Shown: in pieces, positions 1 through 9,380 of the stretch
Layout of the letters: every line of letters begins with the position of its first letter
Position numbering within the stretch: position 1 is the stretch's first letter
From: Natronomonas sp.
GTDB taxonomy: Archaea; Halobacteriota; Halobacteria; Halobacteriales; Haloarculaceae
Direction of reading: 5' to 3'
Length of the DNA: 61,820 nucleotides
Assembly (NCBI RefSeq): GCF_036625485.1
Contig: NZ_JAZKTR010000001.1
Span: 1 to 61,820 of the forward strand
Notes under the pieces: model-generated
What the model saw: only the letters and a program-made list of their open reading frames with translations
The model's database searches: none
Told to the model about the DNA's origin: nothing
Position numbers and translations under genes: made by a program

Positions 1-168
1 GAGGTGTCGCTGGCCGCCCGATTCACCGGGGAGAACGCGTGGTTCACGGGCGGGTTCACGGGCGGGTGGAACGGTAACGACTACACCGACGACGTTCACG
101 GGTTCGTCGACGGCACGGGCTGGACGAGCGCCCGCGGTGGCGTCCGCGAGGGCGTCGGTACCTACTGA
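1..168 (+). CDS. 3' end of an unidentified protein (partial, runs off window edge)
   Basis: Frame 1 is open from base 1 to TGA at 166-168 (EVSLAARFTGENAWFTGGFTGGWNGNDYTDDVHGFVDG...GTY*) with typical haloarchaeal codon use. Confidence 0.6.
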   Translation, partial: EVSLAARFTGENAWFTGGFTGGWNGNDYTDDVHGFVDGTGWTSARGGVREGVGTY

Positions 169-347
169 CCGAGGTCGAGAACGGCTGGCTGGCCTGCCGA
201 CGACGACCCCACCGACTACGTCGGAACCTCGATACGAAACGGTGGGGAACCGCGGCTGGACGGCGAGCACCGTCCGATTTCGGATGTATCAGAACAGTTG
301 TCAATGTCTGACGCACATTTATACGTTCGGGGGCGCCAGTCGGTGGT

Positions 348-647
348 ATGTCAGGGAACCGTGTGGAGGAACTTGAGGCCAAGGTGCGCGAACTCGAAGC
401 GACGATCGACGGCTTGACCGACGAACTGGTCGAGACGAAGGAGCGACTGCAGGTTCTCGAGGAGGGTTCCGACGTGGATACGGACGTCCTCTCGCGGGGT
501 ACCAGCAGCGCAGCGTCCGCGACGACCGAGCAGGCGACGGAAGCCGACGAGGAAGAAGAGGCGTCGGCCGACGAGGTTAACACCGACGAGGACGACGGAG
601 AGGATAACACGGACTCCGAGTCCGGCGACGACATCATCGTTGCCTGA
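348..647 (+). CDS. Small acidic coiled-coil protein upstream of smc
   Basis: N-terminal heptad coiled coil (VEELEAKVRELEATIDGLTDEL), acidic tail ending DDIIVA; TTTATA at ~318-323; 23 bp before smc. Confidence 0.8.
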   Translation: MSGNRVEELEAKVRELEATIDGLTDELVETKERLQVLEEGSDVDTDVLSRGTSSAASATTEQATEADEEEEASADEVNTDEDDGEDNTDSESGDDIIVA

Positions 648-670
648 TTCGGGGCGCCACGAGCACCCCC

Positions 671-3600
671 ATGCACATCAAAGAGCTCGTCCTCGACAAC
701 TTCAAGAGCTTCGGCCGTAAGACGCGAATCCCTTTATACGAGGATTTCACCACCATCAGCGGCCCGAACGGCTCCGGCAAGTCCAACATCATCGACTCGG
801 TTCTCTTCGCGCTCGGCCTGGCCCGCACCTCGGGTATCCGGGCCGACAAACTGACCGATCTCATCTACAATCCGGGCCACGACGACGCCGACGAGGAGTT
901 CGGCGGCGAACGCGAGGCGAGCGTCGAAGTCATCCTCGACAACGACGACGGCACGCTGTCCCGCGAGCAGATCGTCTCCGCGGCCGGCTCGGACAAGGTC
1001 GGTGACGTCGACGAGGTGTCGATCCGCCGCCGCGTCAAACAGACCGACGAGGACACCTACTACTCCTACTACTACCTCAACGGTCGCTCGGTCAACCTCT
1101 CGGACATCCAGGACCTGCTCGCGCAAGCGGGTGTGACACCTGAAGGATACAACGTCGTGATGCAGGGCGACGTGACCGAGATCATCACGATGACGGCCGG
1201 TTCCCGCCGTCAGATCATCGACGAGATCGCCGGCGTCGCGCAGTTCGACGCGAAGAAGGAGGACGCCTTCGAGGAACTGGAGACCGTCCAGGAGCGCGTC
1301 GACGAGGCCGAACTACGCATCGAGGAGAAACAGGACCGCCTCGACCAGCTCGAAGACGAACGCGAGACGGCCCTCGAATATCAGGACCTCCGCGACGAGA
1401 AAGGGGAGTACGAGGGCTATCTGAAGGCCGCCGAACTCGAGGACAAGCGAGAGGAACTCGACGAGACGACGGTGGCCATCGACGGGCGGGAGGACGAACT
1501 CGAAGACCTCCAGCGCGAACTCGACGAGCGTCAGGGCCGCGTCACACGACTCGAAGAGGACCTCGCGGACCTCAACGCCGAGATCGAACGGAAGGGCGAG
1601 GACGAACAACTCGCCATCAAACGGGAGATCGAGGAGATCAAAGGCGACATCTCGCGGCTCGAGGACAAGATCGATGCCGAAGAGGAGCGCATCGAGGAAG
1701 CCGAGAACAAGCGCCGCGAGGCCTTCGTGCAGGTCGATCGCAAGCAGGAGAAGATCGAGGAACTGGACGGCGACATCCGCAACAAGAAAGTCGCGAAGTC
1801 GTCGCTGAAGGCCGACATCCAGGAGCAGGAGGCCGAACTCGAAGCGGTCGAAGCCGAGATTCAGGCCGTCGACACCGAATACGAGGAGGTGCGGGACGCC
1901 CTCGAAGAGAACCGCGAGCGGATTCAAAAGCTCAAAGACGAGAAGAACGACCTCCAGCGCGAGCAGGACCGTCTGCTCGACGAGTCCCGGCGGCGCTCGA
2001 AAGAGGAGCGCGAGAAGAAGGCCGAAATCGAGGAGGCCGAAGACGAACTGCCGGAACTGGACGCCCAGCTGTCGGACCTCGAGAACGAACTGGAGAAAGC
2101 CGAGGCCAACCGCGAGACGATCACCGAGGTCGTCGAGGACCTCAAACAGGAGAAACGCGAACTACAGGACGACCTCGAAAGCGTCGAGGACGACCTCTCG
2201 GCGAAACAGCAGGAGTACGCCGAACTGGAGGCCCGCGCGGGCGAAAGCGGCGACAACTCCTACGGCCGCGCGGTCACGACGATCCTGAACGCCGAGATGG
2301 ACGGCGTCCACGGAACGGTCGGGCAGTTGGGCAGCGTCGCTCCCGACTACACGACTGCCTGTGAGACGGCCGCGGGCGGCCGACTGGCCAACGTCGTCGT
2401 CGACGACGACGGGGTCGGCCAGCAGTGTATCGAGTACCTGAAATCCCGCAACGCCGGTCGGGCGACCTTCCTCCCGATGACGGAGATGAACGGCCGGTCG
2501 CTGCCGTCGGCGCCGGACCTGCCGGGCGTGGTCGATTTCGCGTACAACCTCATCGATTTCGACCCGACCTACGCGGATATCTTCTCCTACGTCGTCGGCG
2601 ACACGCTGGTCGTCGAGGACATGGAGACGGCACGCGATTTGATGGGCGAGTTCCGCCTCGTGACGCTCGATGGCGACCTCGTGGAGAAGTCGGGCGCCAT
2701 GACCGGCGGCTCGAAATCCGGCTCTCGCTATTCGTTCACCAAGAGCGGGAAGGGCCAACTCGAACGCGTCGCCGAGCAGATCACCGAACTCGAAGACGAG
2801 AAACAGTCGATTCGGTCGGACGTCCGCGACGTCGAGGACCGCCTCGACGACGCCCGCGACCGGCAGACCGACGCGGCCGACCAGGTCCGGGATATCGAAT
2901 CCGACATCGAGTCGGTCGAAAGCGAGCGCGAGGACGTCGAGGCGCGCATCGAACGCCTCCAGGACGAACTCGCCGACATCGAGGACGAACGCGAGGACGT
3001 CGCCGAACAGATGGAGGAACTGGAGGCCGCCCTCGAGGCGAAAAACGAGGAGATCGACGCCGTTCAGGCGGATATCGACGAACTCGAAGCGGAACTGGAG
3101 GCCTCCGAGATTCCGGAACTGACGAGCAAGGCCGAGGCGATTCGCGAGGAGATCGCGGACCTCCAAGACCGGATGGACGACCTCGACGGCGACCTCAACG
3201 AACTGCAACTCGAAAAGCAGTACGCCGAGGAGGCCATCGAGGACCTCCACGACGACATCGAGTCGGCACAGAACAAGAAGGCCGAGGCCGAAGAGCGCGT
3301 GGTCGAACTGGAGGAGGGGATCGCCGACAAGGAGGCCGAACTCGAGGACAAAGAGGACGAGGTCGCCGAACTCGAAGAGGAACTCGCGGACCTCAAGGCC
3401 GACCGCGAGGAACTGAAGAACGAACTCGGCGATGCCAAGGAGGCACGCGACGAGCAGAAAGAGCAGGTCTCCCGCGTCGAATCGAAACTCGACGACCTCC
3501 GGGAGACCCGCGACCGCCTCGAGTGGGAGGTCGACGAACTCGCCTCGCAGGTCGAAGACTACGACCCCGAGGAGATCCCGGACCACGATACGGTCCAGAA

Positions 3601-4249
3601 GGAGATCCAGCGGCTCGAAGCCGAGATGGAGGCCTTAGAGCCGGTCAACATGCTCGCTATCGACGAGTACGACGAGGTCTCCGAGGACCTCGAGGACCTC
3701 GAAGCGAAGCGGGATACGCTGGTCGACGAGGCCAACGAGATTCGGGACCGCATCGACCAGTACGAGGCCCGCAAGAAGGAGACGTTCATGGACGCCTACG
3801 AGGGCATCAACGAGCAGTTCGAGGACATCTTCTCGCGGCTCTCGGGCGGGTCGGGCGAACTCGTCCTCGAGGACCCCGACGACCCCTTCGAGGGTGGCCT
3901 GACGATGAAAGCCCAACCGCGGGACAAGCCGGTTCAGCGGCTCGACGCCATGTCCGGCGGCGAAAAGTCGCTGACCGCGCTTGCGTTCATCTTCGCCATC
4001 CAGCGGTACAACCCGGCGCCGTTCTACGCGCTGGACGAGGTCGACGCCTTCCTCGACGCCGCCAACGCCGAGATGGTCGGCGAGATGGTCGAGGAACTGG
4101 CCGGCGACGCCCAGTTCGTCGTCGTCTCCCACCGCTCGGCACTGCTGGAGCGCTCCGAACGCGCCATCGGCGTGATGATGCAGGACGACAACGTCTCCGC
4201 GGTGACCGGCATCGACCTGTCGGCCGAGGGGGTGCCTGCAGATGATTGA
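671..4249 (+). CDS. smc: Chromosome segregation protein SMC
   Basis: Walker A GPNGSGKS, long coiled coils, hinge GRATFLP, signature MSGGEKS, Walker B LDEVD; 1192 aa. Confidence 0.98.
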   Translation: MHIKELVLDNFKSFGRKTRIPLYEDFTTISGPNGSGKSNIIDSVLFALGLARTSGIRADKLTDLIYNPGHDDADEEFGGEREASVEVILDNDDGTLSREQIVSAAGSDKVGDVDEVSIRRRVKQTDEDTYYSYYYLNGRSVNLSDIQDLLAQAGVTPEGYNVVMQGDVTEIITMTAGSRRQIIDEIAGVAQFDAKKEDAFEELETVQERVDEAELRIEEKQDRLDQLEDERETALEYQDLRDEKGEYEGYLKAAELEDKREELDETTVAIDGREDELEDLQRELDERQGRVTRLEEDLADLNAEIERKGEDEQLAIKREIEEIKGDISRLEDKIDAEEERIEEAENKRREAFVQVDRKQEKIEELDGDIRNKKVAKSSLKADIQEQEAELEAVEAEIQAVDTEYEEVRDALEENRERIQKLKDEKNDLQREQDRLLDESRRRSKEEREKKAEIEEAEDELPELDAQLSDLENELEKAEANRETITEVVEDLKQEKRELQDDLESVEDDLSAKQQEYAELEARAGESGDNSYGRAVTTILNAEMDGVHGTVGQLGSVAPDYTTACETAAGGRLANVVVDDDGVGQQCIEYLKSRNAGRATFLPMTEMNGRSLPSAPDLPGVVDFAYNLIDFDPTYADIFSYVVGDTLVVEDMETARDLMGEFRLVTLDGDLVEKSGAMTGGSKSGSRYSFTKSGKGQLERVAEQITELEDEKQSIRSDVRDVEDRLDDARDRQTDAADQVRDIESDIESVESEREDVEARIERLQDELADIEDEREDVAEQMEELEAALEAKNEEIDAVQADIDELEAELEASEIPELTSKAEAIREEIADLQDRMDDLDGDLNELQLEKQYAEEAIEDLHDDIESAQNKKAEAEERVVELEEGIADKEAELEDKEDEVAELEEELADLKADREELKNELGDAKEARDEQKEQVSRVESKLDDLRETRDRLEWEVDELASQVEDYDPEEIPDHDTVQKEIQRLEAEMEALEPVNMLAIDEYDEVSEDLEDLEAKRDTLVDEANEIRDRIDQYEARKKETFMDAYEGINEQFEDIFSRLSGGSGELVLEDPDDPFEGGLTMKAQPRDKPVQRLDAMSGGEKSLTALAFIFAIQRYNPAPFYALDEVDAFLDAANAEMVGEMVEELAGDAQFVVVSHRSALLERSERAIGVMMQDDNVSAVTGIDLSAEGVPADD

Positions 4250-5294
4250 CGGATCCGATGCGGAAGACGGCGAGATGGAAGACGAGAAACGAACCGACGG
4301 TGGCGCGGCCGACGACATCCCGCTGAACATCGCGGGCCACGAGAAGGAAAAGAAGCGCCGAGAGCAGGAAAACGGCGCGAGCAGGAACGGCACCAGCGCG
4401 AACGGGACGGACCCGAACGTCAACGGCAACGGGGCCGGCGACGTCGCTGCCGAGGACGACGACGCGGTCCTCTCGGAGTTCGACGTCTCCGACCCGGACG
4501 CTGACGACGACGAGGTCGAACCCGTCGAGTTGCTGGTACAACTCGCCAAGGACGACGAGATCGACCCGTGGGACATCGACGTCGTGACGGTCACCGACAA
4601 GTTCCTCGACCGCCTCGACGAGGCGGACCTCCGGACCGGCGGGCGGGCGCTCTTCTACGCGTCGGTCCTGCTGCGGATGAAAAGCGACGCGATGTGGGTC
4701 GACGAAGAGGAGCAGGAAGACGAGTGGGCCGGTGAACCGTGGGAGGAGCGACCGCCCGAGGAGGGCGGGCCGGTCGTCGACCCCTTCGACGAACTGGAGC
4801 GGGAGATCGACCGGCGTATCGACCGGAAACGGGCCCGTGGGATGCCGGAGACGCTGGACGAGTTGGTCCGTGACCTCCGGGAGCACGAGCGGGATACGTG
4901 GTGGAAGGAGTCCCGAACCTACGACACCTCGGAGTCACCGTCGGGCTTCTCCCGTGGCGCCCAGACGCTGGATTACCACTCGGGCGACGATTTCCGGATG
5001 GACGACGAGCCGACCGCCGACGACGTGACGGGGACGGCCCACGACGAGCACATGGAGGACATCATCAACGACGTCTACGTCGAACTTCAGAGCCACTACG
5101 ATCAGGGCCGCGACGAGGTGCTGTTCGCGGAGGTTCGGGAAGCCGGCGGCTCGACGGTCAACACCTTCCTCGGACTGCTCTTCCTGGCCCATCGCGGGCA
5201 GATCAAACTCCAGCAGGACGACCTCTTCGGCGACCTCTGGGTGCAGGACCCGTCGGCGACCATCGCCGAGGAACCCGCGACGGCCGACGACTGA
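4242..5294 (+). CDS. scpA: Segregation/condensation protein A (kleisin)
   Basis: Overlaps smc stop; EIDPWDID motif, FLGLLFLA and QDDLFGDL C-terminal winged-helix motifs. Confidence 0.93.
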   Translation: MIDGSDAEDGEMEDEKRTDGGAADDIPLNIAGHEKEKKRREQENGASRNGTSANGTDPNVNGNGAGDVAAEDDDAVLSEFDVSDPDADDDEVEPVELLVQLAKDDEIDPWDIDVVTVTDKFLDRLDEADLRTGGRALFYASVLLRMKSDAMWVDEEEQEDEWAGEPWEERPPEEGGPVVDPFDELEREIDRRIDRKRARGMPETLDELVRDLREHERDTWWKESRTYDTSESPSGFSRGAQTLDYHSGDDFRMDDEPTADDVTGTAHDEHMEDIINDVYVELQSHYDQGRDEVLFAEVREAGGSTVNTFLGLLFLAHRGQIKLQQDDLFGDLWVQDPSATIAEEPATADD

Positions 5295-5363
5295 CCCCCT
5301 CAGAAACCCGGAAACGGTTGCCGATAGATTTATATTTGAGACTATGGTATGTTGTCTCACACC

Positions 5364-5474
5364 ATGACTCCGTCACGATTCAGAGAACGGCTTGCCGAGA
5401 CCCGCGACCGGGTCGACCCCGACGACGTGGTGACGGCGCTGACGTACGTCCGCGAGGACGGCCGTCAGCGGTAA
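5364..5474 (+). CDS. Putative 36-aa small protein (MTPSRFRERLAETRDRVDPDDVVTALTYVREDGRQR)
   Basis: Not in ORF track; TTTATATT at 5329-5336 about 30 bp upstream; stop overlaps the end of convergent mtnP. Confidence 0.45.
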   Translation: MTPSRFRERLAETRDRVDPDDVVTALTYVREDGRQR

Positions 5475-6310
5475 TCCTCGATAAGTAGCTCTACGTCCTC
5501 ACGCGTTTCGCGGCTGATAGCCTCGGGTGGCGTGTTGATAGCGCCGTCGAGTGCCCGCTGACACGAACAGTCAGGGCTCTCGTCGAGCGCGCCGACTATC
5601 GCGTCGAGCAGGTCGGACATCGACCCCTCGTTCGCTTCGGCGTTGGCCAGTACCGTCTCCAGCGAGACTTCCTCGCCCTCGTACCAGACGTCGTAGTCGG
5701 TGATGCCGGTGATCGTCGCATAGCAGAGTTCGGCCTCGCGAGCGAGATGCGCCTCGGGGACCGTCGTCATGCCGATGATATCGAAGCCGCGGTCCCGGTA
5801 GAACTCGCTTTCGGCCTTCGTTGAGAACTGCGGCCCCTCGATACAGACGTAGGTGCCGCCATCGACCACCTCGGCGTCGGTCGCGTCCGCGTGGTCGGCC
5901 AGTTCTCCGGTCAGGTGTGGGCAGTAGGGGTCGGCCATCGAGACGTGGACGGTGATGCCGTTGCCGAAGAAGGAGCGGGGGCGGTCCCGTGTCCGGTCGA
6001 ACAACTGGTCGGGAATCACGAGCGTCCGCGGGGGGATGTCCTCCCGGAGGCTCCCGACGGCGTTGGTCGCGATGACGCGGTCGACGCCGATCTGCTTGAG
6101 CGCGTAGATGTTCGCCCGATAGGGGACGTTCGTCGGGTCGTACTGGTGGTTGCGGCCGTGTCGCGGGAGGAACGCGACCTCGGTGCCGTCAACGTCGCCG
6201 ACCTCCAGCGGCGCACTCGGGGCGCCGAACGGTGTCTGGACGCGCTCCTCGTAGCTGTTCTCGAAGCCCAGCGCTTCGTAGATGCCGCTACCGCCGATGA
6301 TACCGAGCAT
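5465..6310 (-). CDS. mtnP: S-methyl-5'-thioadenosine phosphorylase
   Basis: GIIGGSG, LPRHG, NAVGSL, EGPQFST, GMT, and TDYD (MTAP-type) motifs. Confidence 0.92.
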   Translation of the reverse strand: MLGIIGGSGIYEALGFENSYEERVQTPFGAPSAPLEVGDVDGTEVAFLPRHGRNHQYDPTNVPYRANIYALKQIGVDRVIATNAVGSLREDIPPRTLVIPDQLFDRTRDRPRSFFGNGITVHVSMADPYCPHLTGELADHADATDAEVVDGGTYVCIEGPQFSTKAESEFYRDRGFDIIGMTTVPEAHLAREAELCYATITGITDYDVWYEGEEVSLETVLANAEANEGSMSDLLDAIVGALDESPDCSCQRALDGAINTPPEAISRETREDVELLIEDYR

Positions 6311-6340
6311 ACCCGGCCTTCGCGGCCGGGGGACTTCGCT

Positions 6341-7006
6341 TTATGGCCCGCCGTCGGTGGCCCCGCCGGTCTCCGATTCGGTTCTGGCGGCCTCGTATCG
6401 TTCTCGCACCCGCTCGAACAACTCTCGTCCTCGTTCGGTCGATAGTCGTGGCTCGCTCGTCGCGAAGAACTCGTCGAGGGCGTCGTACTCCTCGAAATGC
6501 CCGTTGTCCGCGTCGGGGTCGTAGCGGCCCTCCCGTTCGTAGACCAGCGCTTGCAGGCAGGTATCCAGCAGGTCCATGTCCTTGACGAACCGTGCCTCTG
6601 GGCTCTCGCGGGCCTCGTAGGCCTCCCAGACCTCCCTGATATCCGTCCCGAGTCCCGCAAGTGGGCCGTCCATCGCCGCGCGTTCGCGTCGCTCCTTCTC
6701 CGCTTTTTCGACCGTCTGGGCGCCCGTCTCGGCTCTGGTCGCGATGTCACCGATCTCGGCTTCGGCCACGTCATGGACGGCCGCGATTTCGAGCGCGCGC
6801 TCGCGGTCGAGGTCCGGCGGGCAGAACCGGACGACGAGCAGGCTCACGCCCCACGAATGGGCGGCGACCGATTCCGGCCGCTCGATGCCACGGAGTTGCC
6901 ACCCCGTTCTGATCTCGTCTTTCAGGCCGTACGCGTGGGTGAGGGCCTCGATGGTCTCGTCGGCGTCGAACGAGTCGTCGGGCATGTCACCGGAGTCGTC
7001 GGGCAC
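6341..7006 (-). CDS. HD-domain phosphohydrolase (YfbR/HDDC2-like 5'-deoxynucleotidase)
   Basis: RTGW...ESVAAHS, VHDVAEAEIGD, KDMD motifs. Start may be the ATG at 6985. Confidence 0.85.
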   Translation of the reverse strand: MPDDSGDMPDDSFDADETIEALTHAYGLKDEIRTGWQLRGIERPESVAAHSWGVSLLVVRFCPPDLDRERALEIAAVHDVAEAEIGDIATRAETGAQTVEKAEKERRERAAMDGPLAGLGTDIREVWEAYEARESPEARFVKDMDLLDTCLQALVYEREGRYDPDADNGHFEEYDALDEFFATSEPRLSTERGRELFERVRERYEAARTESETGGATDGGP

Positions 7007-7007
7007 G

Positions 7008-7700
7008 TCAGGCGAGTCGCCAGCGCCCCTCGCCGGCGGCTTCGGCCACGTTGCGGCGCTCCATCTCGTCGAGTACCTCGTCGAGGCGGTTCGGCTGGGC
7101 GATCTCCATCTCGATGCGTTCGACGCGGTGATACTCCGAGAGGAAGTGCCGGATGTCGCCCTTCGTGAACGTCTCCTGGTCGGCCTTCTCCATGACGCCG
7201 CTCGTGAGGTCGATCATGTCCTCGATGAAGTTCCAGGGGTAGACGACCCACGTCCACTCCTCGAGGCGCTCGCCGACGAACTCGGGTTCGAACTCGCTGG
7301 TCTGGAGCAACTGGAGGGTTGCGGTGCGGACGTTCGCGCAGTCGCGGTTGTTGACGTACTCGTGGGCCCGGCGGATGGAACCGCCCGTGTCGGCGATATC
7401 GTCGATGACCAGCACGTCCTTGCCCTCGACGCTGCCCTCGGGCATCGGATACCGGACCTGCGGTTCGTCGGCCTTCTGGCCGGTGCCGACGTAGTGTTCC
7501 ATCTTCAGACTCGTCAGGTCGTCGAGGCCGAGGAAGTCACAGATACAGCGCCCGGCGAACCAGCCGCCGCGGGCCAAGGCGACGACGACGTCGGGTTCGA
7601 AGTCGGCCGCCTTGACCTGGTTCGAGACGTTCCGACAGAGGCCGTAGATGTACTCCCAGTTGGTGACGGTGCATTTGAACTCGTCCGGGAGGTCGCTCAT
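7008..7700 (-). CDS. Purine phosphoribosyltransferase (type I PRT)
   Basis: ALARGG, PRPP loop VLVIDDIADTGGS, WVVYPW; start reassigned to ATG at 7700 (MSDLPDEF). Confidence 0.88.
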   Translation of the reverse strand: MSDLPDEFKCTVTNWEYIYGLCRNVSNQVKAADFEPDVVVALARGGWFAGRCICDFLGLDDLTSLKMEHYVGTGQKADEPQVRYPMPEGSVEGKDVLVIDDIADTGGSIRRAHEYVNNRDCANVRTATLQLLQTSEFEPEFVGERLEEWTWVVYPWNFIEDMIDLTSGVMEKADQETFTKGDIRHFLSEYHRVERIEMEIAQPNRLDEVLDEMERRNVAEAAGEGRWRLA

Positions 7701-7817
7701 GTTGCGAAACTCTGGGGCGGCCGGCATTAATCCCACCGACCCCGCACGAAGGCTTGCACCCTGCGAACGCTTCGCGCTGGCCGAACGCCTAAGCCGCGGG
7801 CGCCGGAACGGGAGCCA

Positions 7818-8267
7818 ATGCCTGATTTCGAGGCCTTCGACCACGAAGCGCACATGGAGGCGGCTATCGACCTCGCCTACGAAGCCATAGAGCGCGGGGA
7901 CCGCCCGTTCGGCTCCGTGCTGGTCCGCGACGACGAGATCGTCATGCGGGAGTCGAATCACGTGCTCACGGAAGACGACATCCGCCGGCATCCGGAACTC
8001 CATCTCGCCCATCGGGCCATGCGCGAGATGGACCCGGCGGCCCGCGCGGAGACGGTCCTGTACACCAGCACCGAACCCTGTCCGATGTGTAGCGGTGGGA
8101 TGCGGTACGCGGGCTTCGGCCGCGTCGTCTACAGCGTCAGCGCCGAGGAAGTCGTCGAGTTCACCGGCGGCGACCCGGCGACTCGAGCCGCCGAGATACT
8201 CGATTATGAGGTGGTCGGGCCGGTCGAAAACGAGGCCGGGAGAGCCGTTCACGAGGCCTTCTGGTAG
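7818..8267 (+). CDS. CDA-fold zinc nucleoside/nucleobase deaminase (GuaD/TadA-like)
   Basis: PFGSVL, HPE, EPCPMC motifs. Confidence 0.85.
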   Translation: MPDFEAFDHEAHMEAAIDLAYEAIERGDRPFGSVLVRDDEIVMRESNHVLTEDDIRRHPELHLAHRAMREMDPAARAETVLYTSTEPCPMCSGGMRYAGFGRVVYSVSAEEVVEFTGGDPATRAAEILDYEVVGPVENEAGRAVHEAFW

Positions 8268-8337
8268 CGCGCCGTCGGCGGCCGCCAGGTTCCGGACACG
8301 GCGCCCGACTTAAGAACCGCCCGCGAGACGTGCCCGT

Positions 8338-9240
8338 ATGGACACCCGACGCACGCTTTTAGTCGACGCCTTCACCGACGAACCGCTCTCGGGGAATCCG
8401 GCAGGACTGGTTCCCGACGCCGAAGGGCTCTCCGAGGACGCGATGGGGGCGATCGCCAACGAACTGAACGCCTCCGAGACGGCCTTCCTGTTGCCCAGCG
8501 ACGAGGCCGACCGGCGGATTCGTTACTTCACGCCGACACAGGAGGTCGACCTCTGTGGCCACGCAACGGTCGCCAGCCACGCGTGGCTGGCCGAGGACGG
8601 CCAACTCGATGACGGCGAGCACACCCTCCAAACGAACGTCGGCGTCCTCGATATCGAAATCGAGGACGGAACGGTCTGGATGACACAGGACACCGCCGAG
8701 GTGAACCGCGTCGACCTCGAGTACGAGCGCGTGGGCGCGGCGCTGGGTGTCGACCCCGCGACCATGACCGACATCGGCGCCGACATGCCGCTGGCGACGG
8801 CCTCGACCGGCCTCGACTTTCTCATGGTACCCGTCAACTTCCTCGAAGCCCTCTCGGGCATGGACCCCGATATGGGCGCCATCGCCGAACTGACCGAAGA
8901 ACTGGGCGTGACCGGCGTTTACACCTTCACCTTCGATGCGCTGGATATGGATTCGACACTCCACGGACGGATGTTCGCGCCCGCGGCGGGCGTCGACGAG
9001 GACCCCGTGACCGGGACGGCCTCGGGTGCGGCCGGCGCGTATCTCCGCGAGTACCGGGCCTTCGACGGGGAGTTTCCCGACGAGATGGTCTTCGAGCAGG
9101 GCCACTTCCTCGACCGGCCGGGGCGGGTTCGGGTGCGCGCCCGGAGCGACCCCGTTGCGGTCGGTGGCCGGGCGGTGACGGCCTTCGACGGCAGTATCGT
9201 CGTTCCGGAGTTCGACGAGGACGATATCATCGAGGCGTAG
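8338..9240 (+). CDS. PhzF-family isomerase/epimerase
   Basis: VDAFT...GNPA, SETAF, EVDLCGHAT, EDPVTG motifs. Confidence 0.92.
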   Translation: MDTRRTLLVDAFTDEPLSGNPAGLVPDAEGLSEDAMGAIANELNASETAFLLPSDEADRRIRYFTPTQEVDLCGHATVASHAWLAEDGQLDDGEHTLQTNVGVLDIEIEDGTVWMTQDTAEVNRVDLEYERVGAALGVDPATMTDIGADMPLATASTGLDFLMVPVNFLEALSGMDPDMGAIAELTEELGVTGVYTFTFDALDMDSTLHGRMFAPAAGVDEDPVTGTASGAAGAYLREYRAFDGEFPDEMVFEQGHFLDRPGRVRVRARSDPVAVGGRAVTAFDGSIVVPEFDEDDIIEA

Positions 9241-9380
9241 GCGGACCACTGTAACTGGCGCTGTTGGCCGAATCGACGCGTGTGGGCCGCTAGCAACCCG
9301 ATATCGTTCCTGACAATCCTTGTCGGAAAGGCACGCTTCGGAACCTTCTTTAGCGGTGTGGACGGTCACTCACGTACAAG

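Noticed and set aside
41-64. 12-bp tandem repeat GGTTCACGGGCG x2
   Set aside because: Only two in-frame copies (FTGG FTGG); not CRISPR or iterons.
2425-4245. 606-aa Arg-rich alternative-frame ORF inside smc
   Set aside because: Frame-shift shadow of GC-rich Glu/Asp codons; composition is not haloarchaeal.
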